64,000 nucleotides of DNA from Paraspadella gotoi. Its lineage: Eukaryota > Animalia > Chaetognatha. Under the pieces are notes generated by a model. The model did no database searches, was not told the DNA's origin, and saw only the letters and a program-made list of their open reading frames with translations. Each line of letters starts with the position of its first letter. The first letter of the stretch is position 1. Location of the stretch: assembly GCA_051294375.1 (NCBI GenBank), contig CM119271.1, positions 10,543,376-10,607,375 on the forward strand. Direction: 5' to 3'. A program made the position numbers and the translations under genes. Shown here piece by piece: positions 1 to 11,900 of the stretch.

Positions 1-189
1 ACACAAACGAAGGAATGAACAAATGAACAAATGGTTATAAAATTTTAAAACTAATCAATGACGCGAATTCCCTTTCGAAATATGCCCGTTACGACTGAAC
101 TTCCATCTCTCCTTCACTGAACTGAACTGAACTGATCTCTCTCTCTCTCTTTTTTCTCTCTCCTCTTCTTTCTCTCTTTCTCTCTTATT

Positions 190-233
<44 letters not shown>

Positions 234-1219
234 TAATTTCTTTCTCTCTTCTTTCTTTGCTTTTTATTTCTTTTCTTTTCTTCTTTTTCTTTTCCTGCTT
301 TTCTTTTCTTTTCTTTTTCGTTTTCTTCTATTTTTTTCCTTTTCTTTTCTTTATTTTTCTTTCTTTTCTTTCTTCTTTTCTTTTCTTTTCTTTTCTTTCG
401 TTTTATTCTCTTTTTTTCCCTCTTCTTTTCTTTTCTACTTTTCTTATTCTTGCCTTCTTTTACCTTCATCTTTCCCGCATTCCATTCGTCAACTCTCACC
501 GTCGTCATGGTGTACCAACGCCGTTTCCTCCTCCTCCACCTCCTTTCCTCCGCTTCACCTCCTCATCTGGACTTTCTCCGCCTCCCGCTTTTTCCAGCTG
601 CCATCAGTCCTTTTTCCGCCTTTTGTCTTTATTTGCGTTCTCCTGGTCCGTTTTATGGAGACCGACGGCAAGCATCGACTTCGGATTTGCATCCGATGTT
701 TCGTGGTTGTTGTTGTGTGATCGTCGTCGCTGTTGTTCGTCGTCGTCGTTATCGTCATCATGTATCGACAATCGATATCTTCGTTTTGCCTTGTAGTAGA
801 CGTCTTTAAATCAATCAATCAATCAAATCACACAACTTGCAATCATATCCAATCAAATCAATTAAGCCATATCAATTAGATGAGTCTACGTCAATCAATC
901 AATTCATCGATAACCAGACGAGAAGGCGCATGAATTAACACATGAATAATATCAACGAAAAAACAAATAATTCAGATACATCAATGCATCAATCGGTTTT
1001 ATCAATTTTTTTCGATATTTATTGATGTGATTAATCACATGTCCTTCGATTTTCATTGACGTAGCGTTTTGCGCATTTATAAATTCACGGCCCCGTCGAA
1101 ATAAACAAATAATGAACCACAAAGGAAGGACATGAACCAAATGATACAAATGGCTTAATTAAAATTTTTAAAACTAATCAATGACGCGAATCTCCTTTTC
1201 GAAATGCCACCTTGACGAG

Positions 1220-1640
1220 CTGAACTTCATCTTCCTTTCACTACTGAACTGAACTGCGAACTGAACTGAACTGAAACCATCTCCTTGAACTGAACTTGAA
1301 CTGAACATTGAACTGAACTTACCACCCCTTCACTGATCCTGAACTCTGATCTAACTGATGAACTAGTTCAATATCTACTGACTGAACTGAACTGAACTTC
1401 CATCTTTCATCTAACCCTATACTAGTCTGACTTCTTCATCACGACTGACTGAAAACGACTGATGATCTGACTGAACTATCCATCTCTTCCTTCNNNNNNN
1501 NNNNNNNNNNNNNNNNNNCTGAACTGAACTGAACTGAACTTCCATCTCTCCTTCACTGAACCGAACTGAACTGACTGACTGAACTTCCATCTCTCCTTCA
1601 CTGAACTGAACTGAACTGAACTTCCATCTCTCCTTCACCC
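1220..1640. repeat. (ACTGA)n / ACTGAACTTCCATCTCTCCTTC satellite, with related block at ~1-135 duplicated at ~1105-1260
   Basis: Repeated ACTGAACTGA and CTTCCATCTCTCCTTC units; positions 1-135 align with ~1105-1260 (…AAACTAATCAATGACGCGAA…TTTCGAAA…). Contains an N gap. Confidence 0.85.
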
Positions 1641-1946
1641 GATAGGAGAGAGAGAATAGATAATTGAAAATAATTTTTTAAATTCAAAAAAAAAGATTTT
1701 CTCGTAAAAACCTTCGACGTCGTCTGAGTCGATGAATCAGAAAATTAAAAAAAAAAAAGACCGACGCGCGACGCGGGACTTTTAATGTTCATGCGCATCT
1801 ATTTTTGAAGTGAATTTCGGTTTCTCTATTTGTTTTCTGTTTTCTTTTCTGTTTTTTTAAAGTCATGATGAGATTTTTTTTTATATTCGTTTACTACGGA
1901 CAAATGAATATCTCCAATTACTGTATTGACGAATTCGCTGATAATT

Positions 1947-2023
<77 letters not shown>

Positions 2024-2034
2024 CTCTCCCTCAG

Positions 2035-4881
2035 TTCGACCGACCGACCCCACCAACGCGGCCCCCAAACCTACCCCCTCCCAAGCCGACAAATCCCTCT
2101 TTCCTTCGACCAACGCCGCGTCCTGCCATTTTCAACAACAACGACAACGACAACAACGCCGACTCCCTCTCGATCGTCTCCTCCAGTTCCTCGCGTCTCC
2201 ACGGCCACGCCCACTTTTACGGAGACGACGACGCGATCCGATTCTCCCTCTCTTCCTCCTCTTTTTCCTCCTCCTCCTCCTCCTCCTCCACCTCCTTCCC
2301 TCCCTCATCTTCAAACCGGCGCCATCTCCGAAACGCCTCCACCGACGCCGCAGCGCCGATTATCCTCGACGCCGTCGACGCCGCTGACGCCGCGAGAGGC
2401 GCCGTTCTTTTCGTCGTCGTCGTCGCCGTTTCGTCCTCGTTGTCCCGGCGTCGTTTCGTTTCGCGCCAACGTGAGGCCGCAGTCTTTTCAAGTGAGTTTG
2501 AAGAAAGTGAGGGAGAAATAAAAAGTAAAAGGTAAGTTAAAAAGATTATAAAAATTTACTCGTTTCACAATTTCAAAGTTTTTTTTTTTACATTTTAAAA
2601 TATTGAATATCTTTGTGGTTTTTTTTTTTTTATTTTTTTTATTTCATCTTTTGTAATTATATTAATTAATTATATAAAAGTTACAAGATTCCTAGTTTTA
2701 CCGTATTTTAACAGTTCTTTAGATTTAAAAGTATAGTTCAATATTTTATGTATTAAACCTTGTTTATTAAAAAAGAATATTATAGACTACAAAAATGAGA
2801 CTATTTTGTCTGTGTTGTCTATTTTCGCCACGCGTCTTCATTACTTTAATCGCCAAGTTTTTTTTTCGTATTAAAGTTGTAGTTTAATTTTTGTTTTAAA
2901 GGTTATTTTTTTATTGTTTGTGGTTGTGATTTTTTTTTTTTAAAACTTGTCAACCGCCAATTAAGTTTGACAATTAAATTAAGTTTGAACATGGTTAGTC
3001 ATAACCAGCTTTTTTTAACTATTGAAATTTATAAAAGGGGGACTGCATATTTGTGGGTCCGTTCAAGAACTATTACGAAATTTAGAATTTTTCGAGGATA
3101 TTTAAAACTGTATTATTTGTGAAAAAAAACCAATACTTTACAATTATTTCTACATTCGACAACTTTTTCTTTCCCTCATTTATCCCTTTCTCAGGCTCGC
3201 GACAACGTTTCCAACTTCATCTGGTGGTGCAGACATCAGATCAAAATCCGCGAGGCGCTTCTCTTCGAAACTGAAGATTTGGTTTTGCAGAAAAACGAAA
3301 AAAACGTGATTCTTTGTCTCATGGAGGTGAGATTGGATTTTTTGAATTAAAAGATTGAAAGATTAAAAGATTATTAATTATTAATTATTAATTAAAAGAT
3401 TAATAGATTGGATTTTTGAATTAAAAGATCGAGCGTTTTACAATCAATTTTTATCTCGTTCTATATTTGAACAAATACACTTGTATAAACTTTTAATCTT
3501 TGAATGATTGAATTATTATATAAATTTACCATTTCAGTAAACCGCTGTATTATTTGCTAATGTTTAGTCTGGGCACTTGTAAATAACTGAAAAATAAAAA
3601 GGGTTCGTCATTTAGGGCTTATTTCATACGGCTTGGTTAATGGGTATATTTTACATTAGAGTTTACTGACATCTCTAAGGGAACAAGTTTCATGGAACAA
3701 AGAAAGTTACAAGTGCAAAAAAAAACAAACAAAAAAACAACATTAAAGTATTAAATAAAACCGCGAACCTTGAACCAACATAAATTTTAATGACCTAGTC
3801 GGGCCAGTCGCTCCAATCTCTTATCTATTAAAAAAACATAACAACCCGGGATAAGAACATTTTTTTTTCTTTGTCAAAAAGTAAATCCTTACTCCCTTCA
3901 TTCTTTGTTAGTTGCGCCACGAGAAATCCCAAAACGTAAGATGCTCATAAATTGGTCGGTCCCTTGATCTGTACCATATACCATCATACCATAATTGCTA
4001 ACTAGATCGGTCCATCCAATGTATTGGGCCGCAGCGACTTTCCTTTCACATGTATTTCTTTGTGATCACATGACTACATGAGTCCAAAATTTATGTATAA
4101 CAAACGTCTTTATATTGTATTTGTATTTATCGGAATTCCGTCTTTCATTCTTTATTATTTTAGAATTTCCTGAAGGCGGCGCGAGCAGTCACTTAGATTT
4201 GAGGTTTTTTTCTGTTTTAACAAATGAGCAACCAACTATAGGAGAGTTATGAGCATTTTTAACGACGGACAGACATACTAACCGACCGACCGATTTATAT
4301 CGATATGAAACATAAAACATTTGTCTATGATTTCATACTTGAATGTGTGCAACATTTTGAAATAGCCGTTCCATATTTTTCTCGTTGACAAACTTCGAAA
4401 AAAAGAGAGAGACAGACGCTTAAATCAACAAAAGTTTTTCCCCTTTCACGACTCTCTCTCTCTCCCTNNNNNNNNNNCTCTCTCTCTCTCGTTTTAAAAT
4501 CACGTTCCCGAAAGAAAAAAACTTTCGCTGTTCAAACTTTGAGAGAAAAATGCACACTTTGCGCGGTTGTTAAGGTGTCCGAGGCACGGCTAGGGCGTTT
4601 ACTGTGTGTTTAATAGGTTTTTTCCTTTTCTAAACTTTGTTGTTTTACTACTCTCCTTAATAATTGTCGATCGATGAATAGTTGAGGAAGGTACTCATTA
4701 ATCAATTACCCGGTGAAACTCCCGAATCTTCACTCGAGTTAATTAAGGAAGTTCAAAATTATATATATTTTTTTCAGCAGTTAAATACGATTATCAAACA
4801 TTTCTAATTCTAATATTCCATTTCCATTTTTCGAATTTTATTTACTTTCAGTTTCTCTTTAGTTTGGACTTATTCAATTAT

Positions 4882-4921
<40 letters not shown>

Positions 4922-7900
4922 AAAACCCTCACTTTTTCCCCTCTTCAACTCACTTTTCCAACCTTTCTTTAACTCACCCTCCCAATCCTTCCCCCCTCCC
5001 CCCCACAAGGTGGCGCGGCGCGGCGCCAAATTCGGCGTCACGGCGCCGCAACTCGTCCGCCTCGAGGAAGAGATCGACCGGGAGATCCTGGAGGACGTGA
5101 CGACGCCTTGGGAGGAAGAGGAAGAGGAAGAAGAGGAAAAGGCCGTTAGCGTCAAGTCGGAAGAGGAAGAGCGGGACGAGGAAGAGGAGAGGAGAAGACT
5201 GGAAAAAATGTCTTTGGATCAATTGGTAAGTTTAACTAATGAGTATTAAGTATTAAGTATTATATTTTATGTATTAAGTATTAGGAATTAGGTATTAGCA
5301 TTAGTTATTAAGACAAATCATTACTTTATCTCATAGTATCAAAGTCACGATTATTATTAGAAATTCAAATTGAATGGTTTTAACCGGGCGGAGAACCGAA
5401 AGATTGATCAACGTCCTTGTATAAAAACTTTCTTTATTTTTGTATTCCTCAATCTTTGCTCAAGAACTAGTGCAATGCCTACGGCAGCCTCACTTAATTA
5501 AAAGCATTTTCAAACCCTAAGAAATTCAAATAATAAGCAAAATCTAAAAATAAACTCGTTGTTTGCAAAAAAAAAAAGTAAAAAAAAAAAACTAGGTCGA
5601 AAAAATATCTCGCGGGAAAATTGAAGAGAAAGATTCTTTGTGAAACTGAAATCCTTCACAGTTGGAAACTTGACTTGTGAAAGTTAAAGGAAAAGTTTTT
5701 GAGGAAAAACAATTCTTGTTGTATTTATAAAAAAGAAAGATAAAAAGAAATGTCGGTTGTATACATAATATGTATTACATATCTTGTAAGAGAGCTAATT
5801 GGTCCTAAAATAACAGTAAACTTAGCTCTAGTAGTTAAGTTATAAGTTATAAGTTCCTTCCTTATGATCTTATTATAATTAATTTCATGGTGAGATTGAT
5901 AATAAGGGGACGGAGTTGAAAGCTAGGTATGTCATGGCCGATGATGTTGCGTCTTTAATAATATTGATAAAAAGTGTCATTCTATCGAAGGCATGAAATT
6001 GGGAATACCAATATAAAAATTACCCATTCATTTAATAAATAAGCTATCGTTCCCCTTTCTTTGGACAGGTTATATTATTCGGAGGAACAAAAGTAAAACA
6101 AACACGATCTTGCAATTTTTTTACACCTCGTGTATTTTAAAAGTCATGTTTATATGTTTTTTTGTATATGTTTATTCCAACTTTTGCGCGAGATAAGTAG
6201 AGGCTTCAACTAACGACTCACCCTCTCCTCACCAAATTTGGATGAATTCCAAACATCTTCCCCAAACATCTTCTCCCAATAAACTTTCCTCCCAACAGAA
6301 GTTTAAAAAAAAACATGAGTTCTAAGTTTCTAACATCGTTGGCAACTTTGCGAGCGATGTTGTCGTCTCCGCTGTCGTTGTCGTCGTCGTCGTCGTCGTC
6401 GTCGTCGTCCACTTGGATTTATTTCAAACCACCTAATTTTCTCCCTCGCATTTAAAAATCCCGGAAACCCAATGTAAATCCTTCCGTTTGAAAAAAAAAA
6501 ACCCAAATTTTTAAAATTCCAATGATCTCTTTTTTCCTAAAAAAAAAGTTGATCACTTTTTGATACTAATTAGAAAAAAAATTAACTCGATTATATAATT
6601 ATAAAATACTATTTCTATTAGATTTTTTTAATGCTTTTTTAAAGTTCTTTGGGAAAGTGAAAATAAAAAATAAATTTACTCGTATTTGAAAGGTTTAAAA
6701 AAAATTTTAAATACATTTCATAATTTTTAAAGTTAATTTAGAAAAAAAACTGTAACTAGAAAAAAAACTTTATTATCTTTTTTGTGTAGACCAAAGGTTC
6801 AGAAACGTATTCCGGGACATCTTATAGGAGGGCATATTGCCTCAATTTCACTGGTCAACAAATCCAATCAAAAACTCCATATATTCCCCTTTTTTTCATT
6901 CCCCGCGCGCATTTTCAAAAGATTTTCCTCATTAAAATCCAGTCGATCTCCCACTAAGACCACGAGACCCCCAACCTCCGATTCTCCGCGTCCAAGTTCC
7001 CCATTCCATTGTCTCCCCAACTTAACTTAACTTAAACCCATCGATTCCTCTCACCAACGACGCGTGTGAGTCCCACCGCTTTTTTTCGTCGTCGTCGTCG
7101 TCGTCCCGATCGCTTTCGCGTCACGTCCGGAGTTTCGATACTGTCAGCGTGATCGAGCTTTCACAGCAGCACGCGCAGCCAACCGCGAGACACGGTGGGA
7201 CGTCTGGGTCGCGATCGTCACCTACGAGGAAAATGGGCGAGGGGGGGTTGTGAATGGTGCGTGCGTGGGCTGTCTGCGAAGGACATGCCCGATCGGGTGA
7301 GACTCGGCCCAGAATGGCCCGGACTGATTTTGAGTAAAGGGTAATGTTTTCTCACCGCCCCCCTCTTTTTTCTAATCAGGAGAAAAAGATCTCTTCTCTC
7401 TCTCTCCCGCTTTACTTTTAAGAATCAATTTCTCCCGCGTTCACTCTTTAGTTAGATCGGGAGAAAAAAAACTAGTGGGTGGTCAATGACTGGTCATATC
7501 GATTCGCTGGTCGGTATCTCCCCGCAAAAAAAAAAATGCTGCAGTGAGAAACGGTGTTAGTATCGATGACCACTCTCCCCGGGGGACTTCGATATCAAAG
7601 TCGGCGAATGGGACCGACTATCGGCGATTGAGATCGCTCGCTAAAGAATCCACTCTCTGACTCTCTGTCGCTTTCTAATCGCTCTCTTTGTTTTTTAAGA
7701 AAGCGAAATAAAGTAGTTGGTATAATTTTGGATCATGCGGGAGATTTATAAAGACAGACAAAGGTCGTTGTTTTTTCTGTCACTTACGTATCACTCATTA
7801 ATCAGCAAGAATGAATTTTTGAGTTGATTGTAATTTACCGATTCGTTTACCTCTCCAATGCCAATGGACTCACTTTCGTCAAAATTTAAGTAAATATATG

Positions 7901-8888
7901 AGGAATTTGTATAAATCATTAGTGAGTTAATGTTTTCCTTGGAAGAAATTTACGACAATCAATGTTATAAAAAGACTTTATCATTGTGGTTATAGAATTT
8001 CAAAGCGTTTTCACTATGTTAAAGATTTAAAGATCTTCAATATAATTATATTGAAGAGACAGTAATTATTGTTATGTGTTAGTGACAGAACCGTTCAATA
8101 TAAGCAGTCCCTGAGCTTGGGATCATGCAGTAACACCGTGTTACAGGCGGATTAAGTGCCCCGTCCCTCTTAACTGCTAGGCGACCATCGAGCTAGAACC
8201 CCGGACCTTTGGTTGTGGCGAACTGACTGTCTGCCGCACCAATGGCTGCTTGATGACATGGTTGGGATTTTACCATCCAATAATCATCCCCCCTGCCGTA
8301 GGAAAGTCTGTTATAGTCTCTATGCAGTGATTTGCTTGCTTGGTGGAAAGTTGTCACAAGTTGAATGCGCATGGTCGATTGCGTGGCGTGAAAGTGCATC
8401 GTGAGTTGAGGAGCATGTCGCTCTGAAAGTTTGTTGTTGCTGCTGTTGTGTTCAGATAAGTCAGCTCAAATGAAGAGACAGTAATTATTTTGTTTATGCA
8501 GAAGTCAATAAGCATCCCTGTGCTTGGTCAGCTGTACACATGTTAAGGAGTTAAGCGCCCCGTCCTGCTTAATGCAGGCGCCACGGGGATACCGGACTTG
8601 TCGATATGGGTCATCATGACTTAGCCTCCGGACCAATGGCGGTACGAGAAACGATGGTGGATTTTAGTCCACCATAATATCTAGTAAAGTTGTAAACTTT
8701 TAGTAGATTCTAAAGTCGGAAACAATCCGGATGCCGGATGCCGGATGCCGGATTCCGGATGTTAGGGTTGATTAATCATAAACCTAAGATTCCCAGTCCC
8801 CACTCCCTTTACGGAAATTCCGATTTTTCGGGCCCAATAAAAGTCCATTTCGGACAAAAGATATTCATATTTTCCCCCTAGAAAAGTC

Positions 8889-8942
<54 letters not shown>

Positions 8943-11900
8943 CGAGAGCGCTATGATAGGCCCCCATTAGCCTCGGCGCCGGATAGTCTGCCCGGCCCTC
9001 CGGCCTTTATTCTACCTTAGATGAGGTCTCTCTCTCTCTATCTCATTTTCTCCTTTCCTGACCAAAAATGGTTTTTCTTTCTTTTTAACTTTTTTACCCT
9101 TTTGTTTTGTTTTCTCGCCTTTCTTTTTTCTGAGATCTATTCTCTTTTGTTTTCTTCCGCGACCTTTCCGTTGTTCCGCGCGAGGAGGGGGCGGAGGGAG
9201 GGGGGCGTTGGGAGGAGGGCGGAGGCAGGGTGATGAAGTTGACGGGATTTTCTTTCCTAAATCTTTTTCGATTAATCTCGTTTCTTCGCCTCACAGAAAT
9301 AAAAANNNNNNNNNNNNNNNNNNNNNNNNNNNNNNNNNNNNNNNNNNNNNNNNNNNNNNNNNNNNNNNNNNNNNNNNNNNNNNNNNNNNNNNNNNNNNNN
9401 NNNNNNNNNNNNNNNNNNNNNNNNNNNNNNNNNNNNNNNNNNNNNNNNNNNNNNNNNNNNNNNNNNNNNNNNNNNNNNNNNNNNNNNNNNNNNNNNNTTC
9501 TTTTGTTTATTTGTAACTCGGAGGGGAATATATATATCTTCTATTGTCTTTAAATTCATTTATTTTTGAAAGTAGAACATGATTTAGTTTTCGATTTTTA
9601 GTAATAAAAAAGGATTTATAAATCATTATATGTTTCTGAGTGAATGTAAACTATTTATTTAGATCCTGTGAGACGTAAGAAACTGTGAGGATTGACGAGT
9701 CACCCCGAAAGTTTGGATCTTTTGTCGTCTACTGTTTCACACGAGAGAAAGGATTGAGAGTCTGATTTTGCGAAAAGTCCTTTGGATAAATAATAGTTTG
9801 ATTCGCCATTGACCACTGACCGACCGATGACCAGTGACTCAACAAAATCGGGTTTAATCCCCCCCCAAAAAAACCCCATAAATTTTCTGACTACAAAATT
9901 TACTCGTTTGCGAAAGTAACATTTGAGATCAGCGGACCAAACGACATTCTAATTTTCTATATCTTAGTTTTAATTTGTATTTAAATAAAGATACTCAATT
10001 TATCTTTCTGGTTTAACTAGTTTAAGCCTAATCCAATCCCCACGAAGCCCAACTGATCCCTCCGAACCCAATTAACCCTCTCCCCTCGCCCCCGCCCCCC
10101 TCTCTCCAAACTCCAAACATGAAAGGTTCGTAAGGAGCTTCGCCGCTGCTCCTGCCCCAACCAGTTCCTGCTCATCAAGAGAGGCAAAGGAAAATATCAA
10201 GTGGCCGACGATCAGGGGCCCATCATCTTTGTTAGGGTAAGTTAGGCCTGTGGGTCGAGAGTGTGTATTTATCTCAGTTTCTTTCTCTCTCTCTCTCTCT
10301 TTTTCTCTTTTTCTCTCTCTGTCTCTCTTTTTCTCTCTCTCTCTCTCTCTTTTTCTCTCTCTCTCTCTTTTCTCTCTCTCTCTTTTTCTCTCTCTCTTTT
10401 TCTCTCTTTCTATCTCTCTCTCTCCTTCTCCTCTCTCTCTCTCTTCTCTCTCTCTCTTCTCTGTCTCTTTTTTTTTTTTTATCTCTTTCTCTTCTCTCTC
10501 TCTCTTTTATCTTTTTCTCTCTTTTTCTCTCTCTTCTCTCTCTCTCTCTTACTTACTTAAAACTCCCCTTTCCCCCATTCTCAGGTTCTCCGCAGTCACA
10601 CTATGGTCCGCGTGGGCGGAGGTTGGGACACTTTGGAGAATTACTTGGACAAGCACGACCCTTGCAGATGCGCGGTGGAAGGGCGGTCGTCGCGCGTGGC
10701 GTCGTTAACGTCCGGTGAGCGAGAAACAAAATCACCATCACGAAAAGAGGCTAACAAAATTAGTCCAAAGAATCATTTTTAAAAAATAAAAAAATATTAT
10801 GTACATTTTTAAGAAATAAATCTATTCATGAAAAAGTAAGGCAAGATATATAAGTAAACCAAATCAAAAAAATTTGAAATTAAGTTGATTGCTACAATAT
10901 GCAAATGAGACCTTCTTTACAACAACATTGAAAAAATGTGTCAAAAACTCACCTAACGACTCATATGAAATCTCATAATTAAGCATTGGGCACAGGAGTA
11001 GGCTGCCCCTAGCTCAAAAATTAAAATTAACAACTATAACGAGAACGATTAAATTAAATTAAATTATAAAAAAACAAGAACATTTTAAATGGGATGTATA
11101 GAGTAACAATAACCTAAAAAAACATAATCATCAAAAATATAACAATTCTCCCGCCTTCCATTTTAACTTTTAAGATCCCTATCCCACGGTTGTAAAAAAC
11201 GCAAGTAACCTCCCGCCCGCGCCATATACGTCCCGCCAGATTATCCTTTTTTGTTTGCCTCGCTCGCGAATTCGCGTCGTTTCGCTCGACAGAGTAAAAA
11301 AATTCCGGGGGTGCCTGGAAGTAGAGAAGGGGAAAAGATAGGGATGTAGAAGGGAGGTAAGAGAAATTTGTGGGAGAGAGAAAAAGAGGTTAGAAAAGTG
11401 TGAAAGAATTTCGGGCGGCAAAAAAGGGATAAGAAAGACGAACGGACCGACGGATCGATNNNNNNNNNNNNNNNNNNNNNNNNNNNNNNNNNNNNNNNNN
11501 NNNNNNNNNNNNNNNNNNNNNNNNNNNNNNNNNNNNNNNNNNNNNNNNNNNNNNNNNNNNNNNNNNNNNNNNNNNNNNNNNNNNNNNNNNNNNNNNNNNN
11601 NNNNNNNNNNNNNNNNNNNNNNNNNNNNNNNNNNNNNNNNNNNNNNNNNNNNNNNNNNNNNNNNNNNNNNNNNNNNNNNNNNNNNNNNNNNNNNNNNNNN
11701 NNNNNNGAGAGAGAGAGAGAGAGCACGAGACTATAAAAGGAGAAAATGGGTTCGGTCTTTTCAGTCAAAATCCTTTTCCCCGAATTCGTCTTGATTTTTC
11801 TTCCAATTCTCCGATATCCATTTTCCCAATTCATCCATTTTCCCAAATTCATCCATTTTCCGAATTTCTCCATTTTTCCCCATTTTTTCCATTTTTTTGT

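Larger units (their letters stand above)
8052..8677 (-). mobile_element. Non-autonomous miniature LTR retrotransposon (TRIM/retrozyme-like), copy 1
   Basis: Direct repeats 8052-~8286 and 8471-~8677 both starting TGAAGAGACAGTAATTATT; ~185-bp internal region homologous to 23051-23230; purine run on minus next to 8286; possible 4-bp ATAT target duplication (8048-8051 / 8677-8680); no ORF. Confidence 0.8.

Noticed and set aside
233-818. ORFs rich in F/S/L or K/R/E (also 10250-10718, 15592-16078, 32024-32368, 35002-35304)
   Set aside because: Translations of (CT)n, (GA)n and (GAAA)n microsatellites, not genes.
7321-7345. Sm-site-like GATTTTGAG suggesting an snRNA/SL RNA
   Set aside because: No matching snRNA 5' motifs or SL donor structure recognised.
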